Numbered from the stretch's first letter, positions 31,583 to 42,010 are shown. The stretch: 53,719 nucleotides of DNA from an uncultured Clostridia bacterium (GCA_947305805.1 CAMZEM010000003.1:1-53719), one strand, 5' to 3'. Made by a program: numbers and translations. Notes: generated by a model not told the origin, from the sequence alone.

Positions 31583-32014
31583 ATGAATATAGCATTTATG
31601 GCGCACGACAAACGCAAGGAGCTGCTCGTACAGTTCTGCGTTGAAAACTGCGGCATTCTGGCGGAACACAAGCTTTGCGCCACCGCCGCAACGGGCAAGC
31701 TCATAGCGGATGCGACGGGGCTTGAAATACAGCGGCTTATGAGCGGAGGCCACGGCGGAGATCAGCAGATTGCCGCGCGTATATCAAACAGGGAAATAGA
31801 TCTTCTTTTCTTCTTCCGTTATCCTATATACAACGAAAGCGAAAGGACGGATGAAGCCGCCCTGCTGCGGCTTTGCGATTTATACAACATCCCCGTTGCA
31901 ACAAACATAAAAACTGCGGAAATCATTATAAAAACGCTCGAAAGAGGCGATTTTGAATGGAAAGATCCGAACGTTGCTTCGGCAAGACGCAGAAAAAACA
32001 GCGTTATTTATTAA
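31583..32014 (+). CDS. mgsA: Methylglyoxal synthase homologue with altered catalytic residues
   Basis: AHD, GGDQQI and LLRLCDLYNIPVATN; conserved position after minD. Confidence 0.88.
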   Translation: MNIAFMAHDKRKELLVQFCVENCGILAEHKLCATAATGKLIADATGLEIQRLMSGGHGGDQQIAARISNREIDLLFFFRYPIYNESERTDEAALLRLCDLYNIPVATNIKTAEIIIKTLERGDFEWKDPNVASARRRKNSVIY

Positions 32015-32035
32015 TTTTTTACAGGAGAAACAGAA

Positions 32036-33301
32036 ATGGCAATTATTAAAGCGCCGAGAGGAACAAACGACGTTTTACCGCAGGATTCCTTTAAATGGCG
32101 CTATATCGAGGCGGTAGCGGATAAAACCGCGGAAACCGCGGGATATAAAGAAATACGCTTCCCCACTTTTGAGGAAACGGAGCTTTTCACCCGCGGCGTA
32201 GGCGACACTACCGATATAGTTCAGAAAGAAATGTATACTTTTGAGGACAAGGGCGGCAGGTCTATGACTCTTCGCCCCGAAGGCACCGCTTCGGCAGTCC
32301 GTCTTTCTCTTGAAAACGGACTTCTGGGCGGAGCGCTGCCCCTCAAACTTTACTATAAAATCAACGTTTTCCGTTACGACAAGCCGCAGGCGGGCCGTTA
32401 CAGGGAATTCAATCAGATCGGCATGGAGCTTTACGGCGCAACGTCGCCTTATGCCGATGCGGAGCTTATATCTCTCGCAAAGCTTTTTCTTGAAAATCTC
32501 GGTATCGAAGGCACCGTGCTTAAAATAAACTCCATCGGCTGTCCGGAATGCCGCGCGGATTATCAGAATGCGCTCAGAGAATATTTTACCGCTCATTTTG
32601 ACGAGCTTTGCGATACCTGCAAGGGCAGACTTCAGAGAAATCCGATGAGAATACTCGACTGCAAGAGTCCGCAGGATATTGCTCTGGCAAAAAACGCGCC
32701 TAAAATAACGGATTATCTTTGCGAAGAGTGCAGAGAGCATTATTCCGCCGTAAAAGCCGCGCTTGACTCCGTGGGAATCGCATACGAAGAGGACAGCGGG
32801 CTTGTAAGAGGGCTTGACTATTACACAAAAACCGTTTTTGAGTTTATCGATACAAATTCATCCCTTGCCGTTGCGGCGGGCGGACGATATGACGGACTTA
32901 TAGAGGAGCTCGGAGGAAAACCGACTCCCGGTATCGGATTTGCGTGTGGAGTTGAAAGACTTTTTCCGCTTATCCCCGATTTCGGCAAAGACAGCGCGCC
33001 GGATATCTACATAGCGTCAATGGGTCCCGAAGCGGCGAAAGCGGCGTTTGAAACGGCTTTCGCTCTGAGAAAAAACGGAATAAAAGCGGAAACGGATCTT
33101 ATGTCGCGCTCGTTAAAGGCGCAGATGAAATACGCAGACAAAACGGGAGCGAGATTTACCGCTGTATTAGGCGACGAAGAGCTTGAAAAGGGCGAGTCGG
33201 ATATCCGAAATATGGAAAACGGCGAAATCGTAAAATCGGATTTCCGCAATATTTCCGAATTGACCGCTATATTGAAAAACGAAATTCACATTTGTGACTA
33301 A
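32036..33301 (+). CDS. hisS: Histidine--tRNA ligase
   Basis: PRGTND, LRPEGTA, LVRGLDYY and GGRYDGL. Confidence 0.98.
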   Translation: MAIIKAPRGTNDVLPQDSFKWRYIEAVADKTAETAGYKEIRFPTFEETELFTRGVGDTTDIVQKEMYTFEDKGGRSMTLRPEGTASAVRLSLENGLLGGALPLKLYYKINVFRYDKPQAGRYREFNQIGMELYGATSPYADAELISLAKLFLENLGIEGTVLKINSIGCPECRADYQNALREYFTAHFDELCDTCKGRLQRNPMRILDCKSPQDIALAKNAPKITDYLCEECREHYSAVKAALDSVGIAYEEDSGLVRGLDYYTKTVFEFIDTNSSLAVAAGGRYDGLIEELGGKPTPGIGFACGVERLFPLIPDFGKDSAPDIYIASMGPEAAKAAFETAFALRKNGIKAETDLMSRSLKAQMKYADKTGARFTAVLGDEELEKGESDIRNMENGEIVKSDFRNISELTAILKNEIHICD

Positions 33302-33346
33302 TAAACATTTTAAAATATATAAAGAACGATACAGAAGGTAAAAGCT

Positions 33347-35113
33347 ATGTATATCAACAGAACAGACTATTGCGGAAATTTCGGCATAAAGGATGCCGGA
33401 AAAACAATAACCGTTGCCGGCTGGGTTCAGAGACGCCGCGTTCTCGGAGGACTTATTTTTATAGACCTGAGAGACAGAACGGGCTTTTTGCAGCTGACTT
33501 TTGACGAACAGAAATCAAAAGAGCTTTTTGACGTTGCCTACACCCTGCGCTCCGAAGACGTTATCTGCGCTACGGGCACCGTTTGCCCGAGAGGCGAAAA
33601 CGCCGTAAACAAAAATCTTGCAACGGGCGAAATAGAAGTTGCCGTAAGCGAGCTTAAAATACTCGGCAAAAGCGAAACTCCGCCGTTTGAAATAGTAAGA
33701 AATTCAAACGTTAACGAAGAACTGCGCCTAAAATACAGATATCTCGATCTTCGCCGTCCCGACCTGATGAGCAATCTGCTTTTCAGAAACAAGGTTGCGA
33801 AAATAACGAGAGACTATTTTTACGAAAACGGATTTATCGAAATAGAAACTCCGATGCTAATAAAATCAACTCCCGAAGGCGCAAGAGACTATCTTGTTCC
33901 GTCAAGAGTTCATCCCGGCAATTTCTACGCGCTTCCACAGTCGCCGCAGCTTTACAAGCAGCTTTCCATGGTTGCGGGATTTGACCGCTATATTCAGATT
34001 GCCCGCTGCTTCAGGGACGAGGACCTCAGAGCGGACAGACAGCCGGAATTTACGCAGATAGATATGGAAATGTCTTTCGTTGACGTTGAAGACGTGCTGA
34101 AAGTCGGCGAAGGATTTATGCAGAGAATTTTCAAAGAAACGCTCGGCGTTGATATTCCTCTGCCCTTAAAGAGACTCACGTATGCGGAAGCTATGTCAAG
34201 ATACGGCTCTGATAAGCCCGACACCCGTTTCGGCATGGAAATACACGATCTTTCGTCCGTTGTTGAAAAATGCGGTTTTTCCGTATTTTCCGGCGCGGTT
34301 GCCGGCGGCGGCAGCGTAAGAGCCATAAACGCCGAAAACTCCGCGCATAAGCTCACGAGAAAAGAAATAGACAAGCTTACCGAATACGCAAAGGGCTGCG
34401 GCGCAAAAGGACTTGCGTGGATACGTCTTACCGAAGAGGGAACGGCATGTTCGTTTGCGAAATTTATGACCGAAGACGAAATGAACGCGATTCTTGCCGA
34501 AATGAACGCAAAAACGGGCGACGTAATACTTATTATCGCAGACACCAATACGTCCCACGTGCTTTCACAGCTCGGTATGCTCAGAACGGAAACCGCAAAG
34601 CGCCTCGGCATTAAGCCCGAAGGCTGGGATCTTATGTGGATTACCGAAATGCCGTTTTTCGAATACGACGAAGAACTCGGCACTTTCGTGGCAATGCACC
34701 ATCCGTTCACAGCTCCGCTCGACGAATGTCTCGAATATCTCGAAACGGATAAGGCAAAGGTAAGAGCAAAGGCGTATGACCTTGTATTAAACGGCATAGA
34801 GCTTTCAAGCGGTTCTATAAGAATAACCGACCCCGTATTGCAGAAGAGAATTTTTGCGCTTCTCGGTCTTTCGGATGAAGAGGCATACAGAAAATTCGGT
34901 TATCTTACCGACGCTTTCAAATACGGCGCGCCTCCGCACGGCGGCATGGGCCTCGGTCTTGACAGACTTGTAATGCAGCTTCTCGGAGCGGACAGTCTGA
35001 GAGACGTTATAGCGTTCCCGAAAGTACAGAACGCTTCTGAGCTTATGACGGACTGCCCGTCTGCAGCGGATACAAAACAGCTTGACGAGCTGCATCTTAA
35101 AATTGTTGAATGA
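33347..35113 (+). CDS. aspS: Aspartate--tRNA ligase
   Basis: PEGARDY, LPQSPQ, FRDEDLRADRQPEFTQ and PPHGG. Confidence 0.98.
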   Translation: MYINRTDYCGNFGIKDAGKTITVAGWVQRRRVLGGLIFIDLRDRTGFLQLTFDEQKSKELFDVAYTLRSEDVICATGTVCPRGENAVNKNLATGEIEVAVSELKILGKSETPPFEIVRNSNVNEELRLKYRYLDLRRPDLMSNLLFRNKVAKITRDYFYENGFIEIETPMLIKSTPEGARDYLVPSRVHPGNFYALPQSPQLYKQLSMVAGFDRYIQIARCFRDEDLRADRQPEFTQIDMEMSFVDVEDVLKVGEGFMQRIFKETLGVDIPLPLKRLTYAEAMSRYGSDKPDTRFGMEIHDLSSVVEKCGFSVFSGAVAGGGSVRAINAENSAHKLTRKEIDKLTEYAKGCGAKGLAWIRLTEEGTACSFAKFMTEDEMNAILAEMNAKTGDVILIIADTNTSHVLSQLGMLRTETAKRLGIKPEGWDLMWITEMPFFEYDEELGTFVAMHHPFTAPLDECLEYLETDKAKVRAKAYDLVLNGIELSSGSIRITDPVLQKRIFALLGLSDEEAYRKFGYLTDAFKYGAPPHGGMGLGLDRLVMQLLGADSLRDVIAFPKVQNASELMTDCPSAADTKQLDELHLKIVE

Positions 35114-35142
35114 TATTTAATAAATAATAAAGGGAGTTTACC

Positions 35143-36228
35143 ATGATAACGGTTTCGGGTTTAACGAAGCGTTACGGAGACAAGGTTGCCGTAAACAACA
35201 TAAGCTTCACGATAAACCAGGGCGACATAGTCGGTATTCTCGGCCCCAACGGAGCGGGAAAAACCACAACGATGAATATGATTACCGGCTATATATCGTC
35301 ACATGCGGGTAAAATCATTATAGACGGACACGATCTTCTCGAAGAGCCGTCAAAAGCGAAGGCGAGCATAGGATATCTTCCCGAAATTCCGCCTCTTTAC
35401 CACGACATGACGGTTAAGGAATACCTTAGTTTTGTTTACAACCTCAAGGGATGCGCGAAAAAGGAAAACATCAAGAAAAAGAAAGAGCACATTGCCGAAG
35501 TTTGCGAAGTAGTCAGGATAACGGGCGTATACAACCGTCTTATCAAAAACCTTTCAAAGGGTTACAAACAGCGTGTCGGACTTGCGCAGGCGCTGCTGGG
35601 CGACCCTCCGATACTTATTCTTGACGAACCTACCGCCGGTCTTGACCCGAAAGAGATAGTTGAGATACGAAATCTTATCAAACGTCTCGGCACGAGAAGA
35701 ACGATACTTCTCTCGTCGCATATTCTTTCCGAAGTGCAGGCGATCTGCGAGCGTATTATAATAATGAACGAAGGATTTATCGTTATGGACGCTCTTGCGG
35801 ACGACCTTACCATGCGTATGGGCGCAAACACCCGTTACGGCGTCCGTCTTGCCGCTCTCGACGACGCGGACGTTATAGGCGTTCTCGGCGCGCTGCCCGG
35901 CGTTGCGAAGATAGAATACGTAGGTTCGTTTGAAAAAGGCACGATAGACTTTATTATCGAAGCGGAAAAGAAAACCGATATACGCAGACTCCTTTTTGAC
36001 GAATGCGCAAAGAGAAACTGGTATATTTTAATGATAACTCCTCTCGGTATGTCGCTTGAAGACATATTTATCCAGCTTGTTGCGCAAAACGACGAACAGC
36101 GCGCGCTGGAAGCAAAAAACAGAGAGAAAGGCAAAAAAGAAAAGCAGCACCCCGAAAAGTCTGAAGAAAAAGACGCGGATAGGCAGGGCGAAGAAAAGGA
36201 CGGTGATAACAGTGACGGCAATAATTAA
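35143..36228 (+). CDS. ABC transporter ATP-binding protein (GldA-like)
   Basis: GPNGAGKT, LSKGYKQR and ILDEPT; charged C-terminal tail. Confidence 0.93.
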   Translation: MITVSGLTKRYGDKVAVNNISFTINQGDIVGILGPNGAGKTTTMNMITGYISSHAGKIIIDGHDLLEEPSKAKASIGYLPEIPPLYHDMTVKEYLSFVYNLKGCAKKENIKKKKEHIAEVCEVVRITGVYNRLIKNLSKGYKQRVGLAQALLGDPPILILDEPTAGLDPKEIVEIRNLIKRLGTRRTILLSSHILSEVQAICERIIIMNEGFIVMDALADDLTMRMGANTRYGVRLAALDDADVIGVLGALPGVAKIEYVGSFEKGTIDFIIEAEKKTDIRRLLFDECAKRNWYILMITPLGMSLEDIFIQLVAQNDEQRALEAKNREKGKKEKQHPEKSEEKDADRQGEEKDGDNSDGNN

Positions 36229-36916
36229 AAGAGAACTCGTCTCCTTTTTCAAAAACCCGATCGGCTGGTTTGTAATAGCGATTTACACGTTCCTTTCAGC
36301 CATACTCTTCACCCTTTTCGTAATATGGCAGAATACGAGCTATCTCGGCGATTATTTCGGTTTCTGGCTGTTTTTCGTTGATATGATAGTAGTGGGAATT
36401 CTCTCGATGAGATTTTTCTCCGAAGAAAAGAAAAACAAAACCGATCAGCTCCTTTTAACGTCCCCGATTTCTCTTTATCAACTTGTTTTGGGCAAGTTTT
36501 TCGGCGCGCTTATAATTTTTCTCACCTGCACGTGCGTAAACTTCGTATACGTTCTGATAATAGACATTTTCGGCACGGTTGACTACGGCTGTCTTTTAAC
36601 AAATCTTATCGGAACGGTGCTTGTGCTCTCCTCGATGATAGCTATCGGCCTTTTTGTTTCCGCGCTGACAGAGTCCACGATAGCGGCGGCCGCCGCAACG
36701 ATAGCGATACTGTTTTTTATGTTTGTTATCGACTTTTTTGCAATGTTCTTCCCTACGTGGCTTGCCGATATTTTAATGCACGGCAACATCTATGCGCAGT
36801 TTGACGATTTTACAAACGGCATACTCAATCTTCCCCCGGTTGTCTACTATCTTTCCGTTACCGTTATATTCCTTTTCCTTGCGGTAAGAATGATAGAAAG
36901 ACGCCGCTGGAGCTGA
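36212..36916 (+). CDS. ABC-2 type permease (GldF-like)
   Basis: TAIIKREL...FSEEKKNKTDQLLLTSP...GKF; GTG start at 36212 inferred. Confidence 0.88.
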   Translation: MTAIIKRELVSFFKNPIGWFVIAIYTFLSAILFTLFVIWQNTSYLGDYFGFWLFFVDMIVVGILSMRFFSEEKKNKTDQLLLTSPISLYQLVLGKFFGALIIFLTCTCVNFVYVLIIDIFGTVDYGCLLTNLIGTVLVLSSMIAIGLFVSALTESTIAAAAATIAILFFMFVIDFFAMFFPTWLADILMHGNIYAQFDDFTNGILNLPPVVYYLSVTVIFLFLAVRMIERRRWS

Positions 36917-36929
36917 GGAGGTGTGAAAA

Positions 36930-38693
36930 ATGACCGAAGAAAAAGATTTTATAAACAATCAGTCCGAAACGAACGAAAATGAAGCCGAAAAAACCGTAAC
37001 GGAAGAAGCGGCTGAGGAAAAAACCGAAACCGCAGAGGCGGAAGAAGTCTCTGCCGAAGAAGCCGTTTTTGACGAAGAAGGACAGACCGTTGAAGAGGTT
37101 GCGGAAAACGAAGCCGCTGCCGGACAGTCCGGATATGCGGCGCTGGGCGGACACGTATCGTCGGCAAAAGTTCCCCGCATAAACAAAAACAGAGTGAAAT
37201 TCGGCTCGCTGTCGCTGCTTTTCACAATTCTTTTCATTGCGATAGTAATTGCGATAAACGTAGTTGTAACTCTTGCGGCGCAGAGGTTTAACCTGAAAGT
37301 CGACCTTACAAGCGAGAAGGTGTTTACACTCGATCAGGAAACAAAGGATTTTCTTGCTGAGCTGAAATCTCCCGTTGAGGTAATAATTCTCGGCGACGAA
37401 ACAACGTACCGCTCTGCAACCTCCACTTCCGGAGCAATCGCGCCTACGAGATACGTTGTTGAAACCGTGGACAACTACGTCCGCGAAAGCGAATACGTTA
37501 CCGTTCATTTCGTAGACCCGAGATACAACCCGAATTTCTTTAAATCAAGGAACATCACTCTTGACGACGGCACGGATACCGCGGATAACATTTTCCTCGT
37601 TGTTTATTCTCCCGAAACTCAGCGTTACCGTTTTATAAAAGATACGATATTCGAAAACCTTATGTACGTCGGTCTTGAAAGACGTCTTACCGCGGGGATG
37701 CTTTATACCACTGTTGAAGATATACAGACCGTTGCCATAATAAAAGGTCACGGCGAGGGCTCTCTGCCGTATTTTCAGGAAACGCTGAAAGACAACGGCT
37801 TTGACGTTAAATACATAACCATACAGGATTTTGACGAAATACCCGATTTTGTGTCGGTGCTCGTTATAAACAATCCCACAAGAAATTACAGCGACGACGA
37901 TATAAACAAGATTGACGCCTGGCTTTCAAACAACGAGGATCTGGGCCATCATCTTATGATATTCACAGACCTCAATATGCCTAAAAACCCGAAGCTTGAA
38001 GATTATCTCGTTGAGTGGGGTCTCGCGCTGGGTACCGAAAACATTTTTGACTATTCAAACAGTTATGCGTTTACAAACGCCTCATACCCGCTTTTGAAAG
38101 TTAAATATGCCGACGACGCAAAAACACTTGCGGAAGACCTTTCGAGAGAAGGGTATTACCAGTTTGTTCAGCTCGGCGCCGCCCGCGCGGTATACCGTCT
38201 TTTCGACAGCAAGGATACGAGAAAAACATACGGCGTAATAGACACTTTTTCAACTGCGTTTTCACGCTTTACCGCATCAACCACGCTTGCCCCGACGGAC
38301 TGGAAAAATTTCACCTATGACGAAGAAAACGACACCGTAGGTCCGTTTTATCTCAGCGCAATTTCACGTCAGACGAGATACGAGGGAATGACGGAATTTT
38401 CATCGAGCGTTTATCTTTGCGGTTCAACGTCGTTTGTAGACGACTATTTCGTAAGCAACATAGACGGCAACAACCAGCAGACCGCGGAATTTATGATAAA
38501 GCTCTGCAAATTCCTCGTAGCGTCCAAAAAATCGTACGATACCGATATTCTTCCCGCGCAGCTCATATTCGACACGCTCGCATTTGAAACCACAACGCAG
38601 GTTGTTGTAACGGTTCTCGGCATAGTCCTCGTTCTTCCGCTGATATTCTCGGTTATCGGAATAATCGTTTGGAGGAAGCGTAAGTTCTTATGA
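36930..38693 (+). CDS. GldG-like ABC auxiliary membrane protein with an acidic N-terminal extension
   Basis: TM segment, DLTSEKVFTL, GHGE and a C-terminal TM followed by WRKRK. Confidence 0.8.
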   Translation: MTEEKDFINNQSETNENEAEKTVTEEAAEEKTETAEAEEVSAEEAVFDEEGQTVEEVAENEAAAGQSGYAALGGHVSSAKVPRINKNRVKFGSLSLLFTILFIAIVIAINVVVTLAAQRFNLKVDLTSEKVFTLDQETKDFLAELKSPVEVIILGDETTYRSATSTSGAIAPTRYVVETVDNYVRESEYVTVHFVDPRYNPNFFKSRNITLDDGTDTADNIFLVVYSPETQRYRFIKDTIFENLMYVGLERRLTAGMLYTTVEDIQTVAIIKGHGEGSLPYFQETLKDNGFDVKYITIQDFDEIPDFVSVLVINNPTRNYSDDDINKIDAWLSNNEDLGHHLMIFTDLNMPKNPKLEDYLVEWGLALGTENIFDYSNSYAFTNASYPLLKVKYADDAKTLAEDLSREGYYQFVQLGAARAVYRLFDSKDTRKTYGVIDTFSTAFSRFTASTTLAPTDWKNFTYDEENDTVGPFYLSAISRQTRYEGMTEFSSSVYLCGSTSFVDDYFVSNIDGNNQQTAEFMIKLCKFLVASKKSYDTDILPAQLIFDTLAFETTTQVVVTVLGIVLVLPLIFSVIGIIVWRKRKFL

Positions 38694-40195
38694 CGAAAAA
38701 AAGAATTATCGGCATTATCGTTGCCGTGCTCGTTGTTGCGGCGGTTATCGGCGCGGCGCTGTTTATAATGAACTTCGATCTTCTTCCCGAAGAAAAAGAG
38801 CCGTCAACGGACCTGAATATCAAATACGCAAGAGAAAGTCTCGTTATTTATTCGTGCGTGCTTGACGATCTTAAAGATATTCACGTCACAAACCCGACGG
38901 GCGAGTTTACCATAAGCCGCGACGAAGACGGCAACCTCAATTTCCTCGGCAGAGAGGGAGCTCCGCTTTTGCCGTATTCTTCGGAAGGTCTTTATACGAG
39001 CGTGGCAAAAGTAACCTGCGACGCGCTTATAGAAACCGATACCGAGCATCTTGAATATTACGGACTTGACGACCCGCAGGTTCACGTATACATCGAGAAA
39101 AAGGACGGAAGCGTAACGGAGCTTCAGATAGGTGACGCGGCGCCTCAGGGCGGCGGATATTACATAAGAAACGCCTCGAATACGGACGTATTTCTCGCGC
39201 AGACGTATTTTTCGGAAAGATTTCTGAGAAATCACGTTCAGTATTACCAGAAAACCATAAGCAAACAGTTCCTTTATACGGGATTTCAGTCGCTTCTTAT
39301 AGACTACCCGGAAGATTCCGAAAAAGAGGATATTTACGTTCGGCAGACTACCGACGAAGAGGCGAAAGATATAAGATTTGCCGGCGGCATGGTGCTTGAA
39401 GAGCCGTTTTTATGGGGCGGAGATTCAACCCCCATACAGGGCATAGTTGAAATTCTCGCCTCGCTCGAAGCCGACGACATCATAACCGATACGCTCGATG
39501 AGTCGCTGCAGCAGCAGTACGGATTCGGAAACCCCACAAAAGTGGTTATAGAGGCCTGGGTTGATACTCAAAACTACGTAAGCGAGGTTACCGGCCTTGA
39601 AAACCCGTATTACGGCGCAACCGAAGACGGCTCGGATCTGCTTGTCAGAAGCGAATATCTGCTGGGCAACATAGACGGACGCACGCTTTACGTTATGTAC
39701 GACGGCGAACCCGTAATTTACGGCGTTGATATGGACCAGTTTGCGTTTACCGATTTCTCGATAGACGTTTACTGTCAGCGCACGATAAATCTGCGGTATA
39801 TAAACGACCTTAACGGCCTTACGGTTGAATCCAACGGCGATATATACGATTTTGCGATTGCCGATCCCGACAAGGGAGAGGAAATGGTTGTAACGCTTAA
39901 CGGCGAAACGCAGATAGACCCCACGCTTTTCAGAAGCTTTTACGTAACGATAATAAGCGTTACAAACGACGGCATGGCATACGAGCCTGACGAAAACGCC
40001 GAAACGGAGCTTAAAATCACGTATCACGCAATTGACGGCGACGACATGGTTATAGAATTCATTCCCATAGAGTCGAGAAAATACGTATTCAAGCTTGACG
40101 GCGAAGGACGGTTTTTTGTATACGTAACAAAAGTAAATAAAATCAAATCCGATCTCGGCAAGCTTTTAAACGGCGAAGAGATCAGAAATTACTGA
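38690..40195 (+). CDS. DUF4340-like membrane-anchored extracytoplasmic protein
   Basis: N-terminal anchor; repeated YGL/YGFxxP and IGDxAPxGGGYY motifs; ATGA overlap with the upstream gene. Confidence 0.7.
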   Translation: MTKKRIIGIIVAVLVVAAVIGAALFIMNFDLLPEEKEPSTDLNIKYARESLVIYSCVLDDLKDIHVTNPTGEFTISRDEDGNLNFLGREGAPLLPYSSEGLYTSVAKVTCDALIETDTEHLEYYGLDDPQVHVYIEKKDGSVTELQIGDAAPQGGGYYIRNASNTDVFLAQTYFSERFLRNHVQYYQKTISKQFLYTGFQSLLIDYPEDSEKEDIYVRQTTDEEAKDIRFAGGMVLEEPFLWGGDSTPIQGIVEILASLEADDIITDTLDESLQQQYGFGNPTKVVIEAWVDTQNYVSEVTGLENPYYGATEDGSDLLVRSEYLLGNIDGRTLYVMYDGEPVIYGVDMDQFAFTDFSIDVYCQRTINLRYINDLNGLTVESNGDIYDFAIADPDKGEEMVVTLNGETQIDPTLFRSFYVTIISVTNDGMAYEPDENAETELKITYHAIDGDDMVIEFIPIESRKYVFKLDGEGRFFVYVTKVNKIKSDLGKLLNGEEIRNY

Positions 40196-40222
40196 TATAA
40201 ACCCCAAAAAGGAGAAGGTATT

Positions 40223-41980
40223 GTGAAAATAGAAAATCTTGAAGAGATGAAGGTATTCTGGCATACCACGTCCCATATTCTTGCGCAGGCGGTAAAAAGA
40301 CTTTACCCGTCCGTAAAGCTTACGATAGGCCCCGCAATAGAAAACGGCTTTTACTACGATTTTGACAGCGACGTAACTTTTACGCCCGAAATTCTCGAAA
40401 AAATCGAGGCGGAAATGAAGAAAATCGTAAAGGAAAACCTTAAAATCGAACGTTTCGTTCTTCCGAGAAACGAAGCTCTCGAGCTTATGAAGGACGAACC
40501 GTATAAAATCGAGCTTATAAACGAACTCCCCGAAGGCGAAGAGATTAGTTTTTACAAACAGGGCGAATTTGTTGACCTTTGCGCAGGTCCGCATCTCAAC
40601 TACGTTTCAAAAGTTAAGGCGTTTAAGCTCACAAGCGCTACCGGCGCATACTGGAGAGGCGACTCAACAAAGAAAATGCTTCAGCGTATCTACGGTATCT
40701 CGTTTCCGAACGCAACGCTGCTTGAACAGTATCTTGCAGACGTTGAAGAGGCGAAAAAACGCGACCACAACAAGCTGGGCAGAGAGCTTGAGCTTTTCAC
40801 CACCGCAGACGTTATCGGTCAGGGACTGCCAATTCTTCTGCCGAAAGGCGCAAGAATAATTCAGCTGCTTCAGCGTTTTGTTGAGGACGAGGAGCAGAAG
40901 AGGGGCTGGCAGCTCACGAAAACGCCGTATATGGCAAAAAGCGATCTTTACAAAATTTCCGGTCACTGGGATCATTACAGAGACGGCATGTTCGTTCTGG
41001 GCGACCCCGAAAAGGACGACGAGGTTTTCGCTCTCCGTCCGATGACGTGTCCGTTCCAGTATCAGGCATATCTTAACAGAGCGCGTTCATACAGAGATCT
41101 TCCGCTTCGCTACAACGAAACTTCAACGCTTTTCAGAAACGAAGCTTCGGGCGAAATGCACGGACTTATCCGCGTCCGTCAGTTTACTATTTCCGAAGGT
41201 CACCTCATGTGTCTGCCCGAACAGCTCGAAGACGAATTCAGGGGCTGTCTTGAACTTGCAATCTACATGCTCAAAACGCTCGGCCTTTACGAGGACGTTT
41301 CATACAGATTCTCGCAGTGGGATCCCAACGACAGAGATAAATATATCGGCACCGAAGAACAGTGGGACGAAGCTCAGGGCACGATGAAAAAGATACTCGA
41401 TCACCTTGAAATTCCCTATAAGATCGGCATTGGCGAAGCGGCGTTCTACGGTCCGAAACTCGATATTCAGATAAGAAACGTATTCGGCAAGGAAGATACG
41501 CTCATTACTATTCAGATAGACCAGATGCTCGCGAAAAACTTCGGCATGGAATACGTTGACAGAGACGGAACGAAGAAAAACCCGTATATCATTCACAGAA
41601 CGTCTATCGGCTGCTACGAAAGAACGCTTGCTCTGCTTATAGAAAAATACGCAGGCGCATTCCCCACGTGGCTCGCTCCCGTTCAGGTTAAAATTCTTCC
41701 GATTGCGGACAGACATCACGATTACGCCTTTGAAGTTAAGAAAGAGCTCGAAAAACACGGTCTGCGCGTAGAAGTAGACGACAGAAGCGAAAAAGTAGGC
41801 TACAAGATCCGCGAAGCTCAGATGGAAAAAGTTCCCTTTATGCTCGTAGCGGGCGACAAGGAAAAAGAGGAAGGCACCGTTTCCGTTCGCGCGCGCAAAG
41901 AGGGCGACAGGGGCTCAATGCCGCTTGCGGACTTCATCGCGCTTATCAAAGAGCACGTTGATACAAAGATGATTGACTGA
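40223..41980 (+). CDS. thrS: Threonine--tRNA ligase lacking the N-terminal TGS domain
   Basis: WHTTSH, DLCAGPH, LRPMTCP, GLIRVRQF, AFYGPKLD and IHR; GTG start after AGGAG. Confidence 0.97.
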   Translation: MKIENLEEMKVFWHTTSHILAQAVKRLYPSVKLTIGPAIENGFYYDFDSDVTFTPEILEKIEAEMKKIVKENLKIERFVLPRNEALELMKDEPYKIELINELPEGEEISFYKQGEFVDLCAGPHLNYVSKVKAFKLTSATGAYWRGDSTKKMLQRIYGISFPNATLLEQYLADVEEAKKRDHNKLGRELELFTTADVIGQGLPILLPKGARIIQLLQRFVEDEEQKRGWQLTKTPYMAKSDLYKISGHWDHYRDGMFVLGDPEKDDEVFALRPMTCPFQYQAYLNRARSYRDLPLRYNETSTLFRNEASGEMHGLIRVRQFTISEGHLMCLPEQLEDEFRGCLELAIYMLKTLGLYEDVSYRFSQWDPNDRDKYIGTEEQWDEAQGTMKKILDHLEIPYKIGIGEAAFYGPKLDIQIRNVFGKEDTLITIQIDQMLAKNFGMEYVDRDGTKKNPYIIHRTSIGCYERTLALLIEKYAGAFPTWLAPVQVKILPIADRHHDYAFEVKKELEKHGLRVEVDDRSEKVGYKIREAQMEKVPFMLVAGDKEKEEGTVSVRARKEGDRGSMPLADFIALIKEHVDTKMID

Positions 41981-42010
41981 CTCATATTTAATTAACGGCG
42001 AAATATTCAT

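Noticed and set aside
35143-40195. Gliding motility system
   Set aside because: The Gld names are family labels only; no type IX secretion or motor genes are present, and the organism appears Bacillota-like.
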